Shown here: positions 23,597 through 31,839 of the stretch, piece after piece
Layout of the letters: each line of letters starts with the position of its first letter
How positions within the stretch are numbered: position 1 is the stretch's first letter
NCBI RefSeq assembly: GCF_000021865.1
Contig: NC_014034.1
Coordinates: forward strand, 3,450,001 to 3,482,000
Length of the DNA: 32,000 nucleotides
Reading direction: 5' to 3'
Origin: Rhodobacter capsulatus SB 1003
GTDB taxonomy: Bacteria > Pseudomonadota > Alphaproteobacteria > Rhodobacterales > Rhodobacteraceae
The notes under the pieces: generated by a model
Told to the model about the DNA's origin: nothing
The model's input: the letters and a program-made list of their open reading frames with translations, nothing else
The model's database searches: none
Made by a program: the position numbers and the translations under genes

Positions 23597-24956
23597 GGTC
23601 AAACTCCTGAGGGATGGGGGCTGCCCCGAAATCCTCGGGGCGGGGGCGGTGATGGATCGCCTGCATCGCATTGGCGATTTCGAAAAAGAACGCGCGGGTG
23701 CCGCGATAGCCGATGCGGCAGGTATCCTGCGCGCCGATGCGGTCGAAGATCGGGAAACCGGCGCGGACCAGCGGCAGATGCAGCGCCGCGGCGGCATGGC
23801 GGCCGTGGCTGTGGGTGATCAGGATCTGCGCCTCGGCCTGCCCTGCGCCGCGTTCGACATCGCCCAGATCGCCCAGAATGACCTCGGCGCAGGGCATTTT
23901 CTCGATCAGCGCGGAATTCTGCGTGGTGGTGACGGCGGTGACGATCTCCGCCCCCATCGACACAAGCGCGGTGGAGAGCGCGAACATCAGATCGGGATCG
24001 GCGCCGATGGCGACGCGCAAGCCCCCGGTGAAGAAATGCGCATCAAGCGCCGCATCCATCATCCGCGCCCGGTCGCGCTTGATCGAGGGGGGCGGGTCCT
24101 GCATCCCCGAAAGCTCCATCAGCACCCGGACAAAGGCATCGACGGCCTTCAGCCCGGTCAGGCTTTGAAAGACGCGATAGGGCACCAGCGCGCGGTCCTC
24201 GATCATCTGCGCGGCGGCGCGCATCTGCTCGCCGATCGCCAGCGTCACGGCCGAACGGGGAATGCGGGCGATGTCGTCCAGACGGGTGCCGCCGAGCGAA
24301 TGGCCCGACCAGTCATCCGACAGATGCCCGTCGAGCGAAGTGGAGAGATCGGGCAGCACGATGGGCGACAGACCAAAGGCGCGGATCATCCGCACCGCCT
24401 CGTCAATCTCGGCGGTGGTGAAGTAGCTCGGCACCAGCAGCGTCACCTGCCGCAGATCGGGGTCGCGTTCGGCCGTCACCGGGACCAGCGCGGCGACGAT
24501 CGCCTCGACAGCCTTCGCCCAGCCGTCCTGCTGACCGCCCTCGAAATCCGGGGTGGCGGCATGGACGACCGCGGTCCCGGCCCAATCCTTGCGCCGGGCC
24601 TGCATCGCGCGCAATTCGCCCGCGATATCCTCGCCCCGGGTTTCGGTCAGCGCGGTGGAGGCGATGCCGATGAATTTCGGGTTCGCCCGCTTGCGGATGT
24701 TGTCGATGGCTTCCTCGATCTGCTCGCCCCCGCCAAGGATCGTCGAGACCTCGTTCATCGCGGTGGTCTGCAGCGGCACGGCTTCCTTGAAATGGCGGAC
24801 AAGGTGAACCACGCCGAAGGCGGTGCAGCCCTGCGCACCGTGAAACAGCGGCACCGCGCCCTCGATGCCCAGATAGGCCATGGCCGCGCCAAGGGGGGCC
24901 GAGGTCTTCAGCGGATTGGTCGAAAGGGCGCGGCGGGGATGGGTCAGCACGGCCAT
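23571..24956 (-). CDS. nifN: NifN, FeMo-cofactor biosynthesis scaffold subunit
   Basis: 461 aa with N-terminal NPLKTSAPLGAAMAYLGIEGAVPLFHGAQGCTAF (NifN/NifK-like). The start lies 1 nt after the nifE stop. Confidence 0.95.
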   Translation of the reverse strand: MAVLTHPRRALSTNPLKTSAPLGAAMAYLGIEGAVPLFHGAQGCTAFGVVHLVRHFKEAVPLQTTAMNEVSTILGGGEQIEEAIDNIRKRANPKFIGIASTALTETRGEDIAGELRAMQARRKDWAGTAVVHAATPDFEGGQQDGWAKAVEAIVAALVPVTAERDPDLRQVTLLVPSYFTTAEIDEAVRMIRAFGLSPIVLPDLSTSLDGHLSDDWSGHSLGGTRLDDIARIPRSAVTLAIGEQMRAAAQMIEDRALVPYRVFQSLTGLKAVDAFVRVLMELSGMQDPPPSIKRDRARMMDAALDAHFFTGGLRVAIGADPDLMFALSTALVSMGAEIVTAVTTTQNSALIEKMPCAEVILGDLGDVERGAGQAEAQILITHSHGRHAAAALHLPLVRAGFPIFDRIGAQDTCRIGYRGTRAFFFEIANAMQAIHHRPRPEDFGAAPIPQEFDHVPHPAPC

Positions 24957-24957
24957 G

Positions 24958-26526
24958 TCAGCAATCCTCGAAATCGGTGGCGGAATTGGTCATCGCGGCC
25001 AGACCGGGCGCGGCGGCCGGGGCCAGCGGCGCCGCGGCGGCCTGTTGCGGCACCAGCACCGGGGCCCGCCCCATCGGCGCGGAAATCCCGGTCACCGGGC
25101 AGGCGCCCGAGGGGGCGGGCACGACCGATCCGGTCAAGGGCGCATCCCAGGGCGCCGGGGCGCGCAGATCGGCCCACATCGGGTTGTTCACCGACCGGTC
25201 GATGGCGCGGACCAGATCGACCATGCCCATATACCCGGCATAGGGTTCGTGCTTTTCCTGATTGACATCGACCCAGGGCACCAGCGCCTTCAGGGCGACG
25301 AATTGCGACCGCCCGCCCGACAAAAGCACATCCGCCCCGGCGTCGCGCAGCATCTGATACATCTCGCGCGGGGCCATGTTTTCATACATGTGCTTGTCGT
25401 CGCCCATGATCTCGATCACCCGGTCGCGGTCATTCGCCGTCGCCTTGCGCATCGAGGTGCCGACGACCTCCATCCCCAGTTCCTGCAGCGCCGAGACGAC
25501 GGACCAGGATTTGTGCCCGCCGGTGTAAAGCAGCACCCTGCGCCCCGCGACGCGCGGGCGAAATGGTTTCAGCGCCGCCCAGGCCTTTGCCTCTTCCCTG
25601 GCGATCAGCACCTCGCAGCGGTTCAGAAGGTCCTTCGGCGCGCCCTGATCCACCAGCAATTCGCACATCCTGCGCAGCGATTGCGAAGTGTCGGAAATGC
25701 CGTAGAAAGACCCCTCGAAATAGGGGATGCCGTAGCGCTCCTGCATCTTGCGCGCGACATTGATCAGCGCCTGCGAACAGACCAGCATCGTCACCTTGGC
25801 CCGATGCGCCATCGCCACCTGCTTGTAGCGCGCATCCCCGGCGATCGAGCCCAGAATGCGGATGCCGAGCTTGTCGAGCAGCGGCTTCACCTGCCACAGC
25901 TCGCCCGACAGGTTGTAATCGCCGATGATGTTGACGTCATAGGGCGTCACCGTCTCGGGTTCCAGCGTGCCGATGACGTGATCCAGAAGCGCCTCTCCGC
26001 CCAGCTTGTTGCCCAGGTTCTTCGACCCCGCGAACCCCGGCACATTGACCGGAATGCAGGGCGTGCCCCATTTCGCCGTCGCCGCCTTGCAGACCGCATC
26101 CAGATCGTCGCCGATCAGCGCCGTCACGCAGGTCGCATAGACGAAGACGGCGGCGGGGCTTTCCGCCTCGATCACCTCGCGGAGCGCGCGGTAAAGTTTC
26201 TTCTCGCCGTGGCCCATGACGATGTCGAGTTCCGACAGATCGGTGGTGAAGCCCTTGCGGTAAAGCTCCGAGCCCGACGAGGCCGAAGAGCGGTTGTCCC
26301 AGCCGTTCGACCAGCAGGCGGCGGGGGCATGGACCAGATGGGCGACATCCACGATCGGCTGCAGCGCGATCATCGCGCCGTCAAAGGCGCAGCCACCGGC
26401 CGCGGCCCCCGGGGTCAGCTGCTTGGTGCAGCCCTTCTTGCGCAAAACATCGGTCTTGGTCGAGTTGGTGGCACAGCCCGGCTCGTTCAGGACATCGGCG
26501 ATTTTCGACTTCAAGGCTTCGGACAT
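24958..26526 (-). CDS. nifE: NifE, FeMo-cofactor biosynthesis scaffold subunit
   Basis: 522 aa from ATG 26526 (MSEALKSKIADVLNEPGC...). NifE/NifD-like segments GCAFDGA, ATCVTALIGDD and VGTSMRKAT. Carries an Ala/Pro-rich C-terminal tail of about 60 aa. The track ORF start at 26625 would run through the promoter. Confidence 0.95.
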   Translation of the reverse strand: MSEALKSKIADVLNEPGCATNSTKTDVLRKKGCTKQLTPGAAAGGCAFDGAMIALQPIVDVAHLVHAPAACWSNGWDNRSSASSGSELYRKGFTTDLSELDIVMGHGEKKLYRALREVIEAESPAAVFVYATCVTALIGDDLDAVCKAATAKWGTPCIPVNVPGFAGSKNLGNKLGGEALLDHVIGTLEPETVTPYDVNIIGDYNLSGELWQVKPLLDKLGIRILGSIAGDARYKQVAMAHRAKVTMLVCSQALINVARKMQERYGIPYFEGSFYGISDTSQSLRRMCELLVDQGAPKDLLNRCEVLIAREEAKAWAALKPFRPRVAGRRVLLYTGGHKSWSVVSALQELGMEVVGTSMRKATANDRDRVIEIMGDDKHMYENMAPREMYQMLRDAGADVLLSGGRSQFVALKALVPWVDVNQEKHEPYAGYMGMVDLVRAIDRSVNNPMWADLRAPAPWDAPLTGSVVPAPSGACPVTGISAPMGRAPVLVPQQAAAAPLAPAAAPGLAAMTNSATDFEDC

Positions 26527-26553
26527 GATGCATCCCCCTGTCAGGAGGGATGA

Positions 26554-26569
26554 AGCAAGCAACGTGCCA
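26554..26569 (-). promoter_or_regulatory. sigma54 promoter of the nifENX operon
   Basis: The minus strand reads TGGCAC GTTGC TTGCT. The predicted start is about 17 nt upstream of the nifE ATG. Confidence 0.85.
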
Positions 26570-26618
26570 GGTGAAACGGCCCGGTTTTTGCAGCCACGGC
26601 GCCGGGTTTGGAGCATAT

Positions 26619-26634
26619 CCGACAAATTGTCGGA
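26619..26634. promoter_or_regulatory. 16-nt element CCGACAAATTGTCGGA (15-bp palindrome plus A; NifA half-sites in ACA-N3-TGT order) upstream of nifE
   Basis: An identical 16-mer recurs at 30938-30953. Here it is flanked by two imperfect enhancers, TGG-N10-ACA (26609-26624) and TGT-N10-GCA (26628-26643). It lies 50 bp upstream of the -24 element. Confidence 0.5.
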
Positions 26635-26644
26635 CGGCCTGCAA

Positions 26645-26672
26645 CAGAAAAGCCCCGCCGGACGGGCGGGGC
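26645..26672 (-). terminator. Rho-independent terminator of the peroxiredoxin gene
   Basis: The minus strand reads GCCCCGCC CGTC CGGCGGGGC followed by TTTTCTGTT. It begins 24 nt after the prx stop. Confidence 0.65.
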
Positions 26673-26695
26673 TTTCGGAACCTCTGTCGGATCGC

Positions 26696-27235
26696 TCAGG
26701 CGGCTTTCGCGGTTTTCAGCCAGGCCAGAACGTTTTCCGGGCTGGAGACGCCATAGGGATCCTCGGGGCAGTTGTCCATCAGGCCGGGCTCTTCGAACCA
26801 GGCCTCGATCACGCCATTCGTCACGATGGCGGCATAGCGCCAGGACCGCAGGCCGAAGCCCAGGTTGTCCTTGCGCACCAGCATCCCCATGCGGCGGGTG
26901 AATTCGCCCGAACCGTCCGGGATCACCTGGACGTTTTCCAGACCCTGCGCCTTGGCCCATTGGTTCATCACGAAGCTGTCGTTGACCGAGAGGCAATAGA
27001 TCTCGTCGATGCCCTGCGCGGCAAATTCCGGGAAGCCCTTTTCGAAGCCCGGCAGCTGATAGGTCGAGCAGGTCGGCGTGAAAGCGCCCGGCAGCGAGAA
27101 CAGGATCACCCGCTTGCCCGCGAAGTAATCGGCGGTGGTCATGTCCTGCCAGCGGTAGGGGTTCGGGCCGCCGACGCTTTCGTCGCGCACGCGGGTGTGA
27201 AAGGTCACGTCGGGCAATTTGCTGTTGGTTTTCAT
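26696..27235 (-). CDS. Prx5-type (atypical 2-Cys) peroxiredoxin
   Basis: 179 aa with KRVILFSLPGAFTPTCS (peroxidatic Cys). RBS GGAG before ATG 27235. Confidence 0.9.
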   Translation of the reverse strand: MKTNSKLPDVTFHTRVRDESVGGPNPYRWQDMTTADYFAGKRVILFSLPGAFTPTCSTYQLPGFEKGFPEFAAQGIDEIYCLSVNDSFVMNQWAKAQGLENVQVIPDGSGEFTRRMGMLVRKDNLGFGLRSWRYAAIVTNGVIEAWFEEPGLMDNCPEDPYGVSSPENVLAWLKTAKAA

Positions 27236-27363
27236 CTTTGGCTCCAGCTGCGGTCAGGCGGGGGTCGGTCCCCGCGGAAATCCCGGTCCGAGGGGGTAGC
27301 GTGATCGTCGCCGCGCTGCAACATGGAATCGTTCCAAATCCAGAATGTGACAGAAGCGGCCGG

Positions 27364-27378
27364 GCAAAGCCCGTGCCA
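27364..27378 (-). promoter_or_regulatory. Candidate sigma54 promoter for the peroxiredoxin gene
   Basis: The minus strand reads TGGCAC GGGCT TTGC, starting 9 nt after the rnfF stop. It gives a leader of about 117 nt. No canonical TGT-N10-ACA was found within about 200 bp upstream. Confidence 0.5.
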
Positions 27379-27386
27379 AAGCGCGT

Positions 27387-28487
27387 TCAGCCCTCGGGAC
27401 AAAGGGGGATTGCCACATCCTTGGGCAGATCGACGACGGTGATCGGCGCGGGGAAGCCGCCCTCGACCGCTTCGAGTCGCGCCCTCATCTCGGGGGTGGC
27501 GAAGATCGATCCGTCATCGGTGATCCTGAGCACGGCGCGGACCCCCATCTGCGCGGCGATCCGCGGCCAGTCCTCTTCGCCCGCGACGCAAAGCGCGGTG
27601 GCGGCGGCATCCGAGAGCGCGCCATTGTCGGACAGGACCGAGACCGAGACCACCCCCCGCATCGGCCTTGCGGTGCGGGGATCGATGATATGGGAAAAGC
27701 GGATGCCGCCCCTGTCGAAGTAGCGTTCGTAATTGCCCGAAGTGTGCAAAGCCTCGCCCGGGCGCAGCGACACCGCGCCGACGACGCCCCATTCGAACGG
27801 ATCGCGGATCGCCACCCGCCAGGGCCGCGACCCGTGATCGCCCAGAACCTGCACGCCGCCGCCCGCGTTCAGCACCGCATCACGGATGCCCGCGGCGGTC
27901 AGGTCCGCCTCGGCCAAGTCCAGCGCCGCGCCCTTGGCATAGGCGCCCAGATCCAGCTGCACCGCGGGGTTCGACGAGCGGACCGTCGTTCCGGTGATCG
28001 TCAGATCGGTCATTTTCGGAGCGCCCGCCAGAAGCTTCGCCACCACCGCGTCAGAGGGCGGATCGCCCTCGGGCGGGGTGTCGGCGTGAAAGCCCCAGGC
28101 CTCGACCATGCCGCCCACGGCGGGATCAAACAGCCCCTCCGAGCGGCAGGCAAGGTCCCTGCCCTGCTGCAAGAGTTTTGCCAGCCCCGGATCGACCTCG
28201 AAGCTTTGCCCGGCGGCCATCGCGGCATTCAGGCTTTCGAGTTCACCGGGGGCCCAGGCGTGCCAATCGCGGTGCATCTGCCGGAAATGCGCGCCAAGCA
28301 CCGCCATCGCGTCGCGGGCCTGCGCCTCGGGGACACCATGGGTTTCGACCTCGAGCAGCGTGCCGAAGACGTAAAAGGTCTCGGATACATCGGGGGCCGG
28401 TGCGGTCAGCACCCGCACGCCCCCCGCAAGGACAAGCCCGGCCGCAAGCGCCAGACCGGTGCGAAACGCGGCCCTGCGGCCGATCAT
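27387..28487 (-). CDS. rnfF: ApbE-family FAD:protein FMN transferase (RnfF)
   Basis: 366 aa. N-terminal signal-like MIGRRAAFRTGLALAAGLVLAG, ApbE motifs GAYAKGAALD and SHIIDPRTARP. ATGA overlap with the rseC stop. Confidence 0.9.
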   Translation of the reverse strand: MIGRRAAFRTGLALAAGLVLAGGVRVLTAPAPDVSETFYVFGTLLEVETHGVPEAQARDAMAVLGAHFRQMHRDWHAWAPGELESLNAAMAAGQSFEVDPGLAKLLQQGRDLACRSEGLFDPAVGGMVEAWGFHADTPPEGDPPSDAVVAKLLAGAPKMTDLTITGTTVRSSNPAVQLDLGAYAKGAALDLAEADLTAAGIRDAVLNAGGGVQVLGDHGSRPWRVAIRDPFEWGVVGAVSLRPGEALHTSGNYERYFDRGGIRFSHIIDPRTARPMRGVVSVSVLSDNGALSDAAATALCVAGEEDWPRIAAQMGVRAVLRITDDGSIFATPEMRARLEAVEGGFPAPITVVDLPKDVAIPLCPEG

Positions 28488-28963
28488 CGGCCGTGCCCCG
28501 GATGCACGTCGAGCACCTGCAACGCCCGCGACAGCCGCGCGCGGCGTTCCAGCAGCACCAGCGGCAGGAAGGAAAACATCAGCACGACGCCCCCAACAAG
28601 GGCCGCGCCCCCGTCCGACAGGCCCGCCCCGGAGGCCAGCGCCAAAGCGACGACAAAGGCCAGCGCCGGAAGCAGATAGGCAAGCCCCGCCCCGGCCAGA
28701 AGATTGTTGCCCGACATCGCCACCTCGACCTCGTCCCCCGGCGCGACGATCAGCCCGGCCGGACGCGCGATCGTCATCAGATCGGTGCGGTGCATCGACA
28801 TCAGCGCCCTGGTGCCGCAGCCCTTCGCCTCGGCGCAGGCGGCACAGGCCGAGGCGCGGTCTGCCGCGACGACAAGGCTTTCGCCCCTGACCGCGACCAC
28901 GCGCAGTCTTTCGCGCAGATCGCGCGGTCCGGTCGCCGGACCGTCGTCGCAGCAGCCGGTCAT
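28484..28963 (-). CDS. rseC: RseC/MucC-family membrane protein
   Basis: 159 aa. N-terminal Cys motif SACAACAEAKGCGTRAL (compare E. coli RseC SCSSCASRAGCGSRVL), followed by two TM helices. The start lies 1 nt after the fdxN stop. Confidence 0.8.
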   Translation of the reverse strand: MTGCCDDGPATGPRDLRERLRVVAVRGESLVVAADRASACAACAEAKGCGTRALMSMHRTDLMTIARPAGLIVAPGDEVEVAMSGNNLLAGAGLAYLLPALAFVVALALASGAGLSDGGAALVGGVVLMFSFLPLVLLERRARLSRALQVLDVHPGHGR

Positions 28964-28964
28964 C

Positions 28965-29162
28965 TTACGCCGCCGGGTTGATGCAGTTGTCGGTCATGCA
29001 GGCGTTGACGCATTGCGGCAGGTCATGCTCGCCTTCGCATTCGGTGCAGGTGTCGGCGTTGATCACATAAACGCCTTTCTTCGGCGCGATCGCATTGGTC
29101 GGGCAGACCGGTTCGCAGTCGCCGCAAGAGGTGCAGAGTTCGGGATCGATCTTCATGGCCAT
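28965..29162 (-). CDS. fdxN: FdxN, 2[4Fe-4S] ferredoxin I (electron donor to nitrogenase)
   Basis: 65 aa from ATG 29162 (MAMKIDPELCTSCGDCEPVCP...CTECEGEHDLPQCVNAC). RBS AGGAAAGGAAA. Confidence 0.9.
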   Translation of the reverse strand: MAMKIDPELCTSCGDCEPVCPTNAIAPKKGVYVINADTCTECEGEHDLPQCVNACMTDNCINPAA

Positions 29163-29205
29163 GGCTGGTTTCCTTTCCTGGCAAATGGCTTGGCTTCGTT
29201 TCGTT

Positions 29206-29508
<303 letters not shown>

Positions 29509-30816
29509 TCAGCGCGCCGCGATTTCGGCGAAGTCGACCTCGCGGGGCGCGGCCCGGCCGGTCAGGTGATCGGCAAGGCGGCGCCCGAAGGCCCGCCCCT
29601 CTTCCAGTTCCGCCGCGGAGGGGTGCAGCTTCACCCGCAACCCCGGTTCCGGCAGACGCATCTTCAGCCCCTGCAGCCGGGTTTCGACCAGCCGCACCGC
29701 CTCGCCCGACCAGCCATAGGAGCCGAAAGCCGCCCCCAGCTTGCCGCGGGTTTCGATATCGACCAGCGCCGCCAGCATTTCCCAGATCGTGCGCACCGCA
29801 TCGCCGTTGATCGTCGGCGTGCCCAGCGCAATGCCGTCGGCCTCCTCGATCAGATCCAGGAAGGGGGTGATCTCGCCGCCCTCCAGATCAAAGAGCGACA
29901 CCCGCACATCGGGGCTTTCGGCGGCACCGTCATGGATCGCCTGCGCCAGCTGCGCGGTGGCGCCATAGGCCGAGACGTAAAAGATCAGCAGCGTCTTTTC
30001 GCTGCCGGTTTCGGCGGCGAGCCGCGAGGAAATCAGCCGCCGCGTATGGGTCAGATAATCGCGCGGATGGCTGCGCAGGATCGGCCCATGCGCGGGGGCG
30101 ATGATGCCGAAATCGAGCGGCTCGATCAGGTCGAGCGCCTGCGCCACGAAACTGCGGAAGGGGCGCATGATCCGGTCGAAGTAATACTCAAAAGAAAACC
30201 GGAAATCGCCGACAAGGTCATTGAACAGCCGCCCGTCGCAATAATGGCTGCCGAACAGGTCACAGGTGAACAGCACCCGTTCCGCCGCCAGCCAGGTGCA
30301 TTGCGTGTCGGGCCAATGCACGAAAGGCGTGGTGAAGAACTGCAGATCGCGGTCGCCCAGGCTGACCGATTGCCCGGTGGTGACGCCCTTGATGTCGTAA
30401 CGCTCGAAGTCGTCCTTCAAAAGCGCGCGCAGCATCGGCAGGCCGCGGGGCGACAGCCGGACCTGCGCCTGCGGTGCGCGGCGCAAGAGTTCGGGCACGG
30501 CGCCGGTGTGATCGGGCTCCAGATGGTTCAGCACGATCAGGCGGATTTCGTCATAGCGGGCAACGGCTTCCAGCCGGGCAAAGAAGTCGCCCGCGAATTC
30601 GGCCTTGACCGTGTCGATCACCGCGACCCCCTCTGACCCGCGCACGGCATAGGCATTGTAGGTGGTGCCATTCGCGGTTTTCAGGATCACGTCGAAATTG
30701 CGCAGCCCCGGATCGAGCGCCCCCACCCAATGCACGCCGGGCGCCACCGCGACAGGGCCGGTGGGGCCGTCAAGGCGGGGCGCGGCCGGGCGGATGGTGA
30801 AAGGCGGAACGGACAA
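29509..30816 (-). CDS. fprA: FprA-type flavodiiron protein (metallo-beta-lactamase-like diiron domain plus flavodoxin-like domain)
   Basis: Diiron motif HLEPDHTG. Flavodoxin-like segment [16 protein letters not shown]...GTPTINGD. Start proposed at TTG 30816, with AGGAG 7 nt upstream. The in-frame ATG 30849 coincides with the predicted sigma54 transcription start. Confidence 0.8.
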   Translation of the reverse strand: MSVPPFTIRPAAPRLDGPTGPVAVAPGVHWVGALDPGLRNFDVILKTANGTTYNAYAVRGSEGVAVIDTVKAEFAGDFFARLEAVARYDEIRLIVLNHLEPDHTGAVPELLRRAPQAQVRLSPRGLPMLRALLKDDFERYDIKGVTTGQSVSLGDRDLQFFTTPFVHWPDTQCTWLAAERVLFTCDLFGSHYCDGRLFNDLVGDFRFSFEYYFDRIMRPFRSFVAQALDLIEPLDFGIIAPAHGPILRSHPRDYLTHTRRLISSRLAAETGSEKTLLIFYVSAYGATAQLAQAIHDGAAESPDVRVSLFDLEGGEITPFLDLIEEADGIALGTPTINGDAVRTIWEMLAALVDIETRGKLGAAFGSYGWSGEAVRLVETRLQGLKMRLPEPGLRVKLHPSAAELEEGRAFGRRLADHLTGRAAPREVDFAEIAAR

Positions 30817-30858
30817 GGGAACACTCCTGTGGTTGCGGGCAGGCCGCATCAGATGTGC

Positions 30859-30874
30859 AGCAAGAACCGTGCCA
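30859..30874 (-). promoter_or_regulatory. sigma54 promoter of the fprA-fdxC-fdxN-rseC-rnfF operon
   Basis: The minus strand reads TGGCAC GGTTC TTGCT, identical over 19 nt (TGGCACGGTTCTTGCTGCA) to the nifB promoter. Confidence 0.8.
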
Positions 30875-30946
30875 AGCGCGGAAGCCCAAGGAAACAGGGG
30901 TGCGGGGCCGCAAGACGACAGAAGCCGCGGCGCGGCCCCGACAAAT

Positions 30947-30962
30947 TGTCGGAAACCCGACA
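30947..30962. promoter_or_regulatory. NifA-type UAS TGT-N10-ACA in the fprA/rnfA divergent region
   Basis: TGTCGGAAACCCGACA has perfect 6-bp arms. It overlaps the 16-mer CCGACAAATTGTCGGA at 30938-30953. It lies 73 bp upstream of the fprA -24 element and about 200 bp from the rnfA -24 element. Confidence 0.65.
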
Positions 30963-31159
30963 ATGCGGCGAAAGCGCCGAAAACACGCGGAAAACCGGCT
31001 CCCGAAGCCGTGATCGGGGCGATTTCCCCCCGAAACCGACGGGCTTTGCCGCTGCGGCGGGAGCGCTCACATCTTTATCGCGGGCGCGGGGGCGGATGCG
31101 CGCGCGGACACGCGTGCGGGCGGGCACGCGGGGGCGCGACAGGCCGCGATCCGCCCGCT

Positions 31160-31175
31160 TGGCACAGCCCTTGCT
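31160..31175 (+). promoter_or_regulatory. sigma54 promoter of the rnfAB... operon
   Basis: The plus strand reads TGGCAC AGCCC TTGCT. The predicted start is about 50 nt upstream of the rnfA ATG. Confidence 0.8.
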
Positions 31176-31237
31176 TGATCCCCGATGAAGCCCTTCGCCA
31201 CGCCTTGGCGCGACGGCACAGCCAACCGGGGAGACCG

Positions 31238-31819
31238 ATGCAAGACTTCCTTCTCGTCCTCTTGAGCACCGCGCTCGTGAACAACGTCGTGCTGGTGAAA
31301 TTCCTCGGGCTCTGCCCGTTCATGGGCGTCTCGCGCAAGACCGATGCCGCGATCGGCATGGGGCTGGCCACGACCTTCGTGATCACCGTCGCCTCGGCCG
31401 CCTGCTGGCTGGTCGAGGCGCTGATCCTGGAACCGCTCGACCTGAAATTCCTGCGCATCCTGAGCATGATCCTGGTCATCGCCGCGATCGTGCAGTTCAT
31501 CGAGACGGTGATGCGCAAGGTCACCCCCGACCTGCACAAGGCGCTCGGCATCTATCTGCCGCTGATCACCACGAACTGCGCCGTCCTCGGCCTGCCGCTG
31601 ATGTACATTCAGGGCCATCTGAGCCTTGCGATGAGCACGCTGAGCGGCTTTGGCGCCTCGGTCGGTTTCACGCTCGTTCTGGTGATCTTTGCGGGCATGC
31701 GCGAACGGCTGGCGCAGCTTTCGGTGCCCGCGGCCTTTGCCGGAACCCCCATCGCCTTCGTGTCCGCAGGGCTTCTGGGCCTCGCCTTCATGGGCTTTGC
31801 CGGGCTCGTGCACGTCTGA
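31238..31819 (+). CDS. rnfA: RnfA, membrane subunit of the Rnf ferredoxin:NAD+ oxidoreductase complex
   Basis: 193 aa from ATG 31238 ([32 protein letters not shown]...[10 protein letters not shown]). RBS GGGGAG. The track ORF from 30662 is an upstream extension through the promoter. Confidence 0.95.
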   Translation: MQDFLLVLLSTALVNNVVLVKFLGLCPFMGVSRKTDAAIGMGLATTFVITVASAACWLVEALILEPLDLKFLRILSMILVIAAIVQFIETVMRKVTPDLHKALGIYLPLITTNCAVLGLPLMYIQGHLSLAMSTLSGFGASVGFTLVLVIFAGMRERLAQLSVPAAFAGTPIAFVSAGLLGLAFMGFAGLVHV

Positions 31820-31839
31820 TCGTCGAAAGGAGACCTGCC

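Noticed and set aside
27232-27324. A 30-codon upstream ORF in the peroxiredoxin leader, considered as an independent gene.
   Set aside because: It is too short and too weakly supported to annotate as a CDS. It has no clear RBS, only moderate GC3 bias and a low-complexity product. It is kept only as a detail of the peroxiredoxin leader finding.
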